A stretch of 64,000 nt of DNA, taken from NCBI RefSeq assembly GCF_009914755.1, contig NC_060932.1, one strand, 5' to 3'. This document shows, one piece after another, positions 28,291 to 41,384 of this stretch. This stretch comes from the human T2T-CHM13v2.0 reference genome, Homo sapiens. The notes beneath the pieces are model-generated. The model did not search any database, was not told the DNA's origin, and saw only the letters and a list, made by a program, of their open reading frames with translations. The position numbers were made by a program, and so were the translations under genes. Every line of letters starts with the position of its first letter. Position 1 is the first letter of the stretch.

Positions 28291-28381
28291 GTTTTTCCTT
28301 TTTTTTCCTACTTTCATTTTAGGTTCAGCGGATACCCACATAGGTCTGTTACATGGCTCAACTGCATGTTGCTGAGGCTTA
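28291..28381 (-). mobile_element. Short L1PA/PB 3'-terminal fragment
   Basis: actttcattttaggttcag..gg.tac...aggtctgttacatgg..aactgcatgttgctgaggctt. Confidence 0.7.
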
Positions 28382-29049
28382 AGTGATGCTGATTTACTGG
28401 TAATGCTGCAGTATTTACATTAAAGTTTAGCTCTAGGTCCATCACTAGGGAGGCATCATTGAGTTAACCTTTGTTCGATAATGTTGATAAATTTGCATTA
28501 ATTTTGTTTTTCACATTTTTATCCTCACCCTCTAGCAAATAATACAATGATTTTGCAATGATGCTTGTTAGTAGAACTATGGCCAGGATGAAGGATGGTT
28601 TATAGCCCTCAGGAGATAGTCTCTGTGACTTTGGCCTCATTAAAATGAGATTCTAAACAAGTACAAAGAAGAAGTGGGGCAGGGACATTGATTTTCTTGA
28701 ACTCTAAACTTCCAAAGTATTTATTGTTACCCGAGGTATTAAAGACAGAGCTTTTAGTAGACTGAAATGCTTGTTAGCAATAGAAATTAGAAGAAAGATG
28801 TCCTGATACAAAGTGTTCAGCACACCTTACTGTGTGCTCGAAACCATTCTGGAGAAAACAGAGGCACTTGGATTCAGCTACAAATGAAATCAACACTGCA
28901 AAATTCTAGAGCAAGAGAAAAATATCTCGGGTGGGTTGGTGGATTTTGCTGATCAGGGTTGGCCATCTAACTTCTTGAAGATAAGGTGAATAAGCATAGG
29001 CATACACAGGGATAAAACAAAATCAGACGTTTGTGTGTGTTTTATCACC

Positions 29050-29439
29050 TCTATGCGTCCGTTCTCACAGTGCTATAAATAACTACCTGAAACTGGGTAA
29101 TCTGTGAAGAAAAGAGGTTTAACTGACTCACACTTCCACAGGATGTATAGGAAGCATGGCTGGGTGACCTCAAGAAATTTACAGTCATGGTGCAAGGCGA
29201 AGGGGAAGCAAGTACTTCTTCCCATGGCAGAGCAGATGAGAGAGACAGTGCCAAGGGGGAAGCGCTACGTACATTCAAGCAACCAGATGTCTTGAGAACT
29301 CTGTCACTATCACCAGAACAGCAAGGGGGAAATCTGCCCCCATGATTCAATCGCCGTCCACTAGGTCCCTCCCCCAAAACTGGGAATTACAATTCGACAT
29401 GAGATTTGGGTGGGGACTCAGAGCCAACACATATTATCA
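29050..29439 (-). mobile_element. MaLR solo LTR (MSTA/THE1D-like)
   Basis: aactgggtaat..aagaaaagaggtttaa, aggaagcatggc, catgattcaatc, catgagatttgggtgggg...tatca. Confidence 0.92.
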
Positions 29440-29532
29440 CCCCTCCCAGCCTAACTCAGAAAACATCCAAAGATGTAGTTTTGATCTGTCTCATGTTAGC
29501 ACTGCCGTAGCCATGGAAACAGGGTAGCAGAA

Positions 29533-29787
29533 GTGCAATAACAGAGGTTAAGGACCCCAGCTCTGAAGACAGATGTGTAGTTCTCGGGTTCATTTCACCA
29601 CTTACTCACTATGCAGATTTTTAAGTCACTTTACTATACTGGGACTCAATTTCCCCATTTGCAAAAACGGGAAAATAATGATGCCTCTAGCATGATGTGT
29701 TTAAGAGACTAAATGAATTAATTCCGGATAAGTGTTTACAATAGTACTTGATACAAAATACTCAAGCAATATACACTATTATGATTA
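29533..29787 (+). mobile_element. MIR
   Basis: ggttaag...ctctg; core ctcaatttccccatttgcaaaaacgggaaaataat; taaatgaattaa...agtacttgataca. Confidence 0.8.
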
Positions 29788-30295
29788 CTTCAGAGAGTTC
29801 AGTTCTATAATTCTTGTAAACACTCAAGTCTCTACTTGCCTAAAATATGTTTATGTTTAAAGCATTTACAGGAGATACTGGCTAAATATTTTTTTCATCC
29901 CCAGTCCTTTCAGTGTTACTGATAAGTTTAGTTAAGTAAACTCTTTACACAGTTTAAGGAAATTTATATGACAGATAAAACAGTCAATGTTGAAAAAATT
30001 ATGAATTTCTTCTGAAGTATGCTCTTGAAATGCTACTTAATTTAGCCTTAAATTCAAAACAATAACTTCATTCTATCAGATAGATGCATAATGTAGACTT
30101 GTCTAAAGTACAGCTTTACTGTGCATTTTCAGAGAACATAAAAGATTCCTTAATTTATTTATATACGCTTTCTTTGATCTTCCACTATTTGCAAGGTACA
30201 ATACTACTAGGTATACATGGTATGGAAAAGGTTTATAAGTACAAAATAACATGAAAATTGATCAAAGATTTGGAATTACACACAGCTACAGAAGA

Positions 30296-30866
30296 TGTGG
30301 CAGACAGACTCTATCTGCCTTCACATCCACCTTCAATCATTGAAGGTTGTCTTCAATGATTTCCTGCCACTGGTTTCATTTTCCTGGAGGTTTATTTTCC
30401 TCCACTAAATGTGCACAGGAGTTGCAGCTTGTTAAAACCAGTAAAAGATGGCAAAGTTATGTAATGCAGCTTCCACGATTGCATTACACAAAATTATAAC
30501 TGTTCTCCTGCTCACAGACTCTCTTTATCAATGTACTCCCCTACTGGCTTTGATGGAGCAAGGGACCCAAAGAAGAGGTAAGGGGCAATAGGCAGCTTCC
30601 AGCCAACAGCCAAAAAAGAGCTGAGGCTTTCGGTTCCACAATCTGTAGGAACCGAATCTTCCTAAAACCTCAGACTGTTTGGATTCTTAACTGATTGAGC
30701 CTTAGGTGAGACTCCAAGCAGGTCCATTATCTTCATTGCAGCCTGCGAGATACACTGAAGCAAAGGACCCATTCTTATTCCTGACCAGAGCAACTTGCAT
30801 AATAAATGTGTGGAGTGTTAAGTCATTGTTTGTGATGATTTGTTACAGAGTAATAGAAAACAAACA
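30296..30866 (+). mobile_element. MaLR LTR (MLT1E-like)
   Basis: tgtggcagacagactcta start; ccagccaacagcc...gctgaggc; aataaatgtgtg...ttgttacagagtaatagaaaacaaaca end. Confidence 0.8.
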
Positions 30867-30999
30867 TAAATTTGTAACAGCTTATAATTCAAGTTATTGC
30901 TTTCCCAGGTGCTATGATATAGTATTATTACATAATCAAATAAGATATAGGACATTTTCCTTTATGTATAGCTTTATTTCATATTGAATTAACATTCTC

Positions 31000-31975
31000 A
31001 GAACCTGAGAAGTCTTCTCTGTGCATCTGCTAAACCACCTTCTCCTTTTTTCTTCAATAGTAATAATCATTCCCTTTATTTTCCTTGTAGTTTTATTGGC
31101 CATGCATCCATATCCAGCGTAATTTAGTGAAGTTAAAAAAAAGAAAACTTCAAAACTTCCTATTTTCTATATGCTTGTCACTTGCTTCTTTTCTTCAATG
31201 TTATGTTTGTGAAACCCATCCATGTTGATGTGTGTAGCTATACTGTTTTTCTTTTGTGTTATGTTAGTCCATTGTATAAGCCTATCAGTTTGTCCTTCCA
31301 AACACGACTGGAGATCCTGGTTCTTCCCAGCTGGGGCTCAAACGTACAATGTACTTTAAGCATTGTTGTGCCTCTTTCCTAGTGCCTATTTTCACATGTG
31401 AAGTTCCTCAGTGACAGGGATGTGCATTTCAACTTAAGTAGGTAATACCAAGCTGTTTTCCAAAGTGACAGTGCAAGAAACATATGACACTCATGCTGCT
31501 CCATATTGTTACCGATACATGGTGTTCTCAGATTTCAATTTGGCCAATGTACTGGGTATATAATGGAATCAAATTATGATTTCACTTTCCTAGTTACTAA
31601 AAAGGTTGATTTTCAAATATTTAATTGACATGTAGATTTTCACTTTTACTACTTTTCTATTGGATTATCAAGACCTTTTTTTTCATTCACAGAAGTTTTC
31701 TAAATATTTTGGATATAATCCAAATATCACTTTTGAATCATGTATATCAACTCAAAACTTTTTTATCAGTTTTTGTGTTGCAAGAGCCCACTTCTACTTT
31801 ATGAGTTGTCTTCTCACTTCTTATGGTGTCTTTTGAATAAACAAGAGTTGTTCATTTTAATGCCATTGAATGTACCAATATTTTGCTGCATAGTTAGAGA
31901 TTCTCTAAAACTTTATAATTTTACTTTTCACATTTGGGATTTTAATGCAATCGAAATTTATTTTTAGTGCTTAAT
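31000..31975 (-). mobile_element. Ancient L1ME-like remnant
   Basis: catccatgttgatgtgtgtagc, ctgttttccaaagtg, tcacttcttatggtgtctttt antisense L1M motifs; appears to resume after the Alu to ~32380. Confidence 0.7.
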
Positions 31976-31983
31976 GTAGGTAG

Positions 31984-32295
<312 letters not shown>

Positions 32296-32831
32296 TACTT
32301 TTATTTTTAATAAAAGTCCCAATATCAGTTTTTGCACAGTCTGTTCCCTTCCCAATAATCTGCAATCTCAGCTCTTTAGTATATCAGACATTTATTAATT
32401 TTTGAAATATTAAATAGAAGTTTATATTTTACATATTTTTATAACACTTGCCTTCAGGTCTCAGACAAATAAACAGGATAGTTTTCATATTTCATGCACA
32501 GAATCTCGGTGCATACAATGTCTTATAAGAGACAGACAAAAACACAAAGTAACACAATAACAAAATCACAAAAAGTACCAAAAGCACACAAAGTTATCTT
32601 CTAGAATAAAAATATTTTGAAGACAAAATTACTGATGATTGAGTGATATAAAAGTCATCATACAACTAAATTCACATTTCCTTGATGGTCAGATTTGTTG
32701 TTTGTAAAATATTTTTAAAATCTATGCTCAGACTAGAATGCCCAGGTTATTTTTACATTGTTACATTACTAGGAAAATAATAATACATTTCTACCAGTCT
32801 TCTACTTTTTAGAAAGAGTAATGAATTTTAC

Positions 32832-32902
32832 CTTTTGTCTGGTATTTGGAACTGGCAGTCCTTTTTAATTGACAGCATATTTTTTCTCAAACAAACTTGG
32901 CT
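32832..32902 (-). other. Candidate 71-nt exon just downstream of a UG repeat
   Basis: Minus: (tg)n-tttctgtctgtatatacacacag|AGCCAAG...GACAAAAG|gtaaaa; one open frame SQVCLRKNMLSIKKDCQFQIPDK, not recognised. Confidence 0.25.
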
Positions 32903-32924
32903 CTGTGTGTATATACAGACAGAA

Positions 32925-32957
32925 ACACACACACACACTCACACATACACACACACA
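32925..32957 (+). repeat. Interrupted (CA)n microsatellite
   Basis: acacacacacacactcacacatacacacacaca. Confidence 0.85.
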
Positions 32958-34194
32958 ATTACATGTGCCCTAGCACGATAGAAAAAAACAACCCTGGAAT
33001 TTATATGGTTAATTTGAAGTATAAGAGAAAAATTAAATTTTTGGCTACAAGAAAAGCTACTTCTACATAACATTGAACTTGATTGCAATTATTATCATTA
33101 AATAAATTCTATAAATATGTATAATTTTGTTTTCTCTCTTATGCAAATAGCCATGTAAATATGGAAACAGATGGTGATATTGTTCAGTAGAATGAATATG
33201 TATTAACATATGCATCCAAATTTATTTGCCAAATATAAATTTTCATCTTCTTTTTAAATTTAATGGTTACCATAAAACTTTTGTAGTAAAGTAAGTATAT
33301 GTGAAATAGCTTCAGTGTGCTTGTGGGAAATTCATATCTACCTTTTTTAGATGTATTTTTCATAAAACTTATGGTAAATATATTAACCTTTCCATTCGTT
33401 GTCACTTGGTCTTACCGATTCTCAAAAAATAGATTTTGACATAGATGCATATTTTATATTTAATATACATGTTTAGTATCTAAACCTGAATTTTACAAAT
33501 CATTCACATAATTCTCAGTGAGATAAAACTAGCTTACTTGTCATGTTTTACTTGAGGTAAACTCAAGATTTCTTATTATATGGTGCCCAGATATATTGTT
33601 TTAAAGCTACTTTGGGATATTTGCATTTGGAGTAATTATTTTAATCCCTCTATTTTTACGGCAAATTTTATATATTGCAAATTCAATGTTACGTATTGTG
33701 AATATACATTCATGATGGTGAATTCAAGTTTTCTTCTCATGGTGGATGCTGTAGTTGGAAATATACATAAAACAAAAGTCAAGAAATTGTGTCTTTTTGC
33801 TATGCTGAAAATATAAAATGACTTACGTAAGTAAATGTTCATTCATTTACTAAGAGAATGATAACAAGACTTACAGAAAAATACTTCTTATGTGCAACAC
33901 TAAGAGTGTGAAATAAATTTACCAAACTAATTTAAAGTACTGAATCCTACAGTACTTGAAAGAAATTAGCACACTAAAAAGTCACAAAAGTGAATTTATC
34001 ACATATTCATCTCTATTTTAGCATTTTACTCATGAAAGAATAATTTCACCTTATAACATGTTGGGTAGAACCAGTAGGGGTCCTCTGGACTTTTTTATTT
34101 GAAATTTTTTCTTTTTCTTTTTTCTTTTTACAAACAAAAAGAGTAACAGTTTATTTTATATATTCTGATGAGTAAAAAAGGGACCCAAGTTTAC

Positions 34195-34955
34195 CCTCCT
34201 AGGTTTTTACCCAAGAGAAAATATGTATCCATAAAAAATGCTTACATAAAATAGTTCATAGTAGCTTTATTCAAAATTCCCCAAAAACAGAAACAAATGA
34301 AATGTTGGTCAATGGATAAAAGGTTGTGGTATGTTCATACAATGGAATATTTATACTTAGCAAGAAAAGGTATGCAATACTGATACGTTAGGTAACATGG
34401 TAAACTCTGAAAACAATGCTGAGAAGATGAACACGAAAGGTCACATCCTGAATGATGCCATTTAGAACTTACAGAACAGAAAAAAACGATTTGTGGTGAA
34501 AAAAATGAGAAGTGACTGTGGAGGTGGAAACTGACTAGAAAGGATAATGAAAGAACATTCTAGGTGGTCCAGTCTACATCTCAATAGGAGTTTGAGTAAT
34601 ACTAGTTGTGTGCATTTGCACAAACTCAGAAAATTTACACTTTAGATTTGTGCATTTTATCACATGTAAATTTTATCTCAAAAGTATAAAAACTAAAAAA
34701 TATTGAACTCTATGATGTTGCATGCTTAAATATTTAGGTGGAAACACACAGATGTCTGCAACTTATTTTTAAATGAATAAAAATATAAAGGTTGAATGAC
34801 AGAGAAAAAGACATAAATAGGCAGATATTTAGGGGATAAAACAAAGATAGCCAAACAGTAATTACAGAATCTGTGTTTGATAGACAGATTCTCTAAAACT
34901 CTTTTAATCTTTCTGTATGTTTGAAAGTTTTCTAATGTTTGAACAAAATAAAACA
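34195..34955 (+). mobile_element. L1ME-like ORF2 end and 3' UTR
   Basis: ctcctagg..tacccaagagaaa, tgtggtatgttcatacaatggaata, agatttgtgcatttt, gatgtctgcaactta. Confidence 0.8.
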
Positions 34956-36889
34956 AATCATGAACTCCTACTACATAGTAAAACAAACATTTTTTCTTCC
35001 TTATGGCATACAAACACTAATGCCAACTTACTGTATAAACATTACCATCAACTACATACTTTAGACAGATTTCAAAGACATTTTTTGAGCAATACAACCA
35101 AAATATAATAGCATACAATTCTAAACTTTTCAGAGGTCTGACAGATATCAGAAGTTATTCACATGAAGCTCTATGAACATGATATGTAATTGGTAGATAA
35201 TTATATCTATAGTGATACAATGGAGATGGAAATGAAGTTAGAATACATATTCATGATTCCTTTATAACTGATGATATGCTTTCTTTGGTTGGTTGGTTGT
35301 TTGGTATATTAGTTCTGGTGCAGCAGGAGTGAAAGTTTCAAATTAGCAAGATTATAACTAATCCATGGATATCGTACATAGAGTACCCTCCAAATTAATG
35401 GGTAAATACAATGTTGCTTATAGTATATCAGCCATAACTTTTTCTTAAAAACATAGGATGACTTTGTTTTAAAATATACAAAACAGCTGAATGAATCATT
35501 TAACAATAGCTAATGCAGAATATCTATTCAGTGTATGGGCTTTTTGGTTCTTCTCAGTATCCACCAACAACAGCAGAAAGCACTGTCATTGAACACTGAA
35601 GCTTATTTTACACACATATTCCAGAGAAAAAGGTAGTCCATTCAGAACAAACTGTTCTTAAGTTACTTTTTAAAGATTCTCTGTAATCGTTCACGCTTTA
35701 ATTCTACTGGTTTGTGTATCTTTTCTTTCACCACCTACTTACTGGTATTCGAAATAGTCTTTAGTCCAAATATACAGTCACTATCTTGTTTTTAGAAAAA
35801 GGACAATGGGAGGACAACATACAGGGAGCAGGTAATTAGCTTTTCCTGATTTTCCAGCACGCGCTGAGGGAAGGTCAGTTTTAACTGATTACCATGGGGC
35901 TGAGCAACCAATCAAAACTCTGCCAAAAGTCTTCTATTTCAGAGCTCGTGCTGCCATTTCAATACTCTAGTTTTACTTTGCTGCCAAATCTTTCACACAA
36001 CTGTGAAGCAAAGAGGTTGCACAGATTATAAAGGTGAAGACTGACATGCATTTGGAAAATGAAAACATAATAAAAAGAATTTCCATAAATTGTTTTCAGG
36101 ATTTCATCTTATATATCCATGAATAATTTTTACCAACACTCTTTGAGGGTGAATGCAATATTTTTTTTTCTGTAAAAGGCACTACAGTGTAGACTGTATT
36201 TATTGTAACGCTTGGATCAGCTGCAAATGCAATAAAATTCTATAATTTCCTTGGCTTGATTATTTTATTGATGGCCACAGGTTGAGACACCATGGAATAC
36301 AAGTGGCCTCTCTGATTTTTTTTTTATGGGTTTGGGAATTGTACCAAAACAACACTTCTGAGAGTAAGAACTAGCATCTGTGATGCAATGATTCAAATGA
36401 AATTTTGCCAGTCAGATTTTCATAGGCTAGAGGTACCACAAAGTACCAATCTCTGTTGTATGCCACTGCAAGCAGCTGAAGAACATAATCTTCATTTTCT
36501 TAATCTTGATCAGCTTCATCTTTTCTTGAGCAGCTACAATAGTCACTGTTCTGAGCTATGGGTGGTGCAACACCAGAAATGTGAAGAAAATTAAGCCATA
36601 CCTGTCTTAGAGCTTGAATATTACTGAGTCACAAATATGAAATACTCAAGCCATAAATACTGTACCACTTCTGAGCTGTGAAGAAATAGCCAAAGAAGCT
36701 TATTTATTCATATACCATCAAAGAGCAGTCATCATTTCTACTACATCAATTAAGGAAATCACTGATTTTTTTTACACACTCCACAGCTAGTTTAGTTCTG
36801 TGAAGACAGAATCATGTGGCCTTTGAAAGTGGAATTGTATTCACTTAGAAAAGCACAAGGAATATTATCTTTCTACTGCAAGGAAATGG

Positions 36890-36918
<29 letters not shown>
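36890..36918 (+). repeat. (CA)n microsatellite
   Basis: Perfect CA run. Confidence 0.9.
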
Positions 36919-36922
<4 letters not shown>

Positions 36923-37357
36923 TCAAGCAGAAATCACAAAGCCAATTTTACATTTTACAAAAGAAGAGAGTGCATTATTGTTTATCCATGGACGTCCTTT
37001 TATGTGCTTAGCATTTTAACTCTAAATTCCTTGGCGGCAAGCTGTGAATCAATGCATCAGTGGGGCCTGAAATTCACTGAATTGTATCTTTTAGCCTATG
37101 GGTACTTTTTGTCTGCTAATGAGCTTAAACAATCTGCTGACCTTCCCAGCTCCATCATTTTCTTTTTATCAATATTTTTATTAGTTGGTAAATCTCTCCG
37201 AATCCTAAATACCAGCCTAGACTCAAATGGACAGCCTACTGACCTGTTGTTTACTGTAGAAACTGAACTTCTTGGAAACATCTTGGAAAATACGCTGGTT
37301 TCTAAATGCAAGCGATAAAAGTTACAGGCTGGCTACAGAGGAATAGAATGTGTATTA

Positions 37358-37671
37358 CAGTAGATTCTCATGGTCCATGGTTTTACTTTTTGTAGGCTCA
37401 GCTACCGTGGTACCATACAATAAGGTATTTTGAGAGAGAGAGAGAGATCCAATTCACATAATTTTTATCACATTATATTGTTATAATTGTTCTCTCTTAT
37501 TATTTTTGTTAAACTCTTACTTACCTAATTTATAAATTAAACTTTATCACATAGTATATGATAAACTTTAAGAAAAAACATAGTACATATAGGGTCCACT
37601 AGGATCTGCAGTTTCAGCCATCTACTAGTGGGTCTTGGAATGTATTCCTGATAGATAAGGGGGAACTACTG
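37358..37671 (+). mobile_element. MER44A (TcMar-Tigger)
   Basis: ta|cagtag... start and ...gataagggggaactactg|ta end (TA TSD); internal tattttgagagagag and cctaatttataaattaaactttatca. Confidence 0.9.
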
Positions 37672-39284
37672 TACAAATGACTTCACAAGAAGAGAAAAGG
37701 CACGAATAAAAGCAATGATGTAGGGATACATCAGAACCCCACAAGTAGTGTAAGCAGTTGGGTAGTACAGGATCACTCAACAGACAACACAGAAACTGCC
37801 TTCAAGGTATATGGCAATAGGGCCGCAAACTACTCCCTATTCATAGCAACACAGGAGCAAGCCAATGTATGTCATAATTTACTGTGGCTTCTGAATACTT
37901 TTCTTATTCCTTCTTGCGGAGCACTGATTATATCATCCTTTAATTATTTTATCATATGTATCATTTTCCAATTAATCTGAAAAACTTTAAGACCAAGTAA
38001 TAAGCATTCAATAAACATAGGACAGAAAGAAGGACAGGAAGGGGATAAAAAGGAAAGAAGTTTTGTCTCTTTGCTGACCTCAACATCAAGTGTATCATGA
38101 AATTCCCTCAATGGTATGTGAATTAATTATTACGTCAACCAGTTTCTGATTTATTTTTCCAAATCTCTGTTTCACTCCAGAGCTGAAGACTTCTCATATA
38201 GACAACAGTTTATATATTTTTATTCCTTAATATATTATACCATGCATTTAAGAAAAGACATATTGCCTCAAATGTTGATAGCTATTACCCTTTTAACAAG
38301 GAATATGAAAAAAGGGGAAAAAGTCAAATCAAGGTAATTGTATATATATATATATATCTGTACAATTTATGATCTATCATACACACAAGAAAAATGAATG
38401 TGTGTTCTATTTTTATTTATAGATACAATAAATGTCATAGAAGTTTCTCAAACAATACTACTTAAAGAAATATACAGCATTATTCAGCTTGAATAGTTAC
38501 TGGTTTCTCTGTATTTTATTAGTTAAATATAAACATATTTTCTGATATGAAAATATAGAAAATTCATTTTTATGTATCTGAGATAGTAACTAAGTAAGGA
38601 AAGTAACACAGTCACTAATCATTTAAGTAAATGCTAAATCAATTGGATGTGAAAGATTGGCACAGAGATAATTGTCTAAACAGCATGCTTAAACATGATA
38701 AGGATCAATGCAACAAATGATGTTTGCACTTGGGCAAGTGTCCCGCATTAAGAAATTCGTCGTGATAAGATATGCAGAACAAGGGAGCTTGAATCATTTC
38801 TGCCATATATTGTGAGAACAGTTTGTTCTTTTCCATTGCAGACATGAAAAACAAAAAATCCATATTAAATGTCACTGGCAACAGGGGATTAGCCCTGTTC
38901 TAGTAAAAAGTAGGTCTCCTCAGGGTTTACTTTAGGCAAAACTGAAATAGGAGGAGCAAGTTAAAGATTTGGAAAGTTTCTGGACTGAAAGTTTGATTTT
39001 ATTTGATTTCTGAATGAGATGACAAACAACCTTTCCATTATATTTCTTTACTAAAGCCAAAGCCCAGAAACTTGGGTCACAAATGAGTATCACGGTTAAT
39101 ACTCCCAGGAAAATAGGAAATTAAGCAGGTAACTACATCGAACACCATATATGGCATACACCAGGTACTGTGTGTATATGTGTTGCATGAGCAAATGTAT
39201 ACAGATGAAAAAATGGAATTAGATTGGTAAATGTAACAGTTCCAAACAGTGGAAGCTATCCAGTGAGGTATAAATTCATTTTCT

Positions 39285-39602
39285 TTTTCTTCTTTTTTTT
39301 TTTTTGTTTGGAGACAGAGTCTCACTCTATTGCCGAGCCTGGAGTCCAGCGGCACAATCTTGGCTCACTGCATCCTGCGCCTCCCGGGTTCAAGTGATTC
39401 TCCTGCCTCAGCCTCCTGAGTAGCGGGAATTACAGGCGTGTGCCACCACCCTGGCTACATTGTTCTTTCTTTTGTATTTTTAGTACAGACAGGGTTTCAA
39501 CATGTTGCCCAGGCTGGTTTCGAACACCTGACCTCAAGTGATCCACCCGCCTCAGCCTCTCAAAGTGCTAGGATTACGGGTGTGAGCCACTGTTGCCTGG
39601 CC
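39285..39602 (-). mobile_element. Alu (AluSx/Sz-like)
   Basis: Reverse dimer with gacctcaagtga; 14-bp TSD taaattcattttct at 39271-39284 and 39603-39616. Confidence 0.97.
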
Positions 39603-40407
39603 TAAATTCATTTTCTAATTTTCAAATAGTATTGTTTTGGAATTCAAGCTAGCTCTAGAAAAGTCATGGTTGTTAAAATTCAAGAAAATGTATGGAAAAC
39701 ACTTTCACGCAGGTCATCCCTTTCAGCCTTATTCAAATTTCACTACTTACAAGACTGTTTATTCCTCTGTAGGAGAGATCACTCATTGCAACCCCAAAGT
39801 TTCACGCTTTCCTTCAAATTTATTTCTTTTCAGTGCTTTCTAAAATAAAACTTTTCACCTATGATTTTTTTATCCCAGAAAAAATTTTTTCTAAGTTGTT
39901 TAATATAGCCCTCAAATGATAGCACGTGGATCCAATAAAGGTCACAAGCGTAAATAAAACCCTTCTCCTTTAAATCCTATGCAAAGGTTACAAGGCTAAA
40001 AATAAATTGATCTTATAAGCCATGCACTGAAGAAACAGACTAAGTCATACACATCTGTAAATGGAAAGGTTTGCTTTAGTTAATCCCCTCCACTTCTTCC
40101 ATTAAGTGATTTTTGTCACTACTGTTATTGCTAGATCACTTCTTCAAACCTTTTTTTCTCTCATTTAGCCCTATTTTCAAGATTGCAGCACAAAATACAT
40201 TAGCTCACTAAAATGACACAGATAAAATCTGTTCTGTCATATCACAAGACATGTAAACAAGATAGAGCCTCCGCATACAAATTTGACTATTCCTCATGTC
40301 TTATTTCTCACTGAAATGCCTTGATATAAAGAAGAAAGCCTTTTCACCAATAGATATCAGGAAGATGCCCTGCCTAGGACTTTAGAGCTTCAAATTTTTT
40401 GGAGATG

Positions 40408-40785
40408 GTGATGCTAACTGGGTTACCTCTAAAACAAAAAGATTGTGATTTGCATGCAGGAATTTCATTAGCGCAAACTCTCAGGATCACCACTTGCTGG
40501 AGAGGACAGAAAGCAGGATGGGGTAGAGAGAATATTTGAATTCAGCCAATCCCACACGTAGCTTTGCAATGGGATAACCCTGAAAAGTGGTCCTGAATTG
40601 AAACAAGCGTTATGGTTCTTTTTTAAATAATTCTGCATTGAGTAGTTATTGGAGATGGCAGTTCTCGGGAAAAGCAGCTCCTTGCAGTCCAGCCCAGAGC
40701 AATTCTCACAGAACTCTACTAGGAGCTGTCAGTTTCCCATAGTTCTGAATGAGGAATCTGGGGGTGTACCACAGAACCCACTACT
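40408..40785 (-). mobile_element. ERVL LTR (LTR16C-like)
   Basis: ctctcaggatcaccac, tcagccaatcccac, gtcctgaattga, gaatctgggggtgtaccacagaacccactac match recalled antisense LTR16C. Confidence 0.7.
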
Positions 40786-40829
40786 TATATACCTGCAAAA
40801 GGGAGGTAGGAAGCTATGCAGGTTATGTG

Positions 40830-41370
40830 GGCGCTTCTACTGGACATCATTTAGCATCTTTTGAACTGACTGAACCTGGTGAACCCTAAGGCCACTCAAC
40901 TCGCTTGTGGGAGCTCAGGCAGACAGACCATTTACCTTTTACCCACTCAGTTCTAATCCACCCAGGAGGAGACTCATTTGTGTCCCCCATTCCCGAGGTA
41001 AGACTTCTACATGCTAAGAGTCACAAAATATGTTTCTTGGGAGTGGGGACATAACAGCCTATCAGGACAATCCCGATACTCGAGAGGGGATCCACTGAGG
41101 ACAAATCTCTGCGGCCATAGTTCGCAGAACTCAAAAAGCTAGTTGACATCACAAGCTGACCTGATTATGAATCTAACTTGTTTGATAGCTCCTCCTCAAT
41201 AGTGCCACCCAAATCTGGTCCAGTCAAACTGGTAGGTGCGATGTTTAACCTCCAGCCAATCACTTTTCCTAGAGTGAAGTTTCCAGAGCTACATCCCATT
41301 TTTGATTGGGATTTGACTGGTGCATATTTGAGAAAATCGACATGAAAGACGGAAAGTAAAGGAGTCGCCA
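40830..41370. promoter_or_regulatory. Candidate small promoter/regulatory element (local CpG retention, two CCAAT boxes)
   Basis: About 11 CpGs in ~540 bp of non-Alu DNA; AGCCAATCA at 41254-41262 and TGATTGG at 41303-41309. Confidence 0.35.
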
Positions 41371-41384
41371 AAGATGAGTGAGAA

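Noticed and set aside
37004-37318. 104-aa ORF in unique DNA with an overlapping antisense ORF
   Set aside because: Non-ATG start, no recognisable domain or convincing splice boundaries; length compatible with chance.
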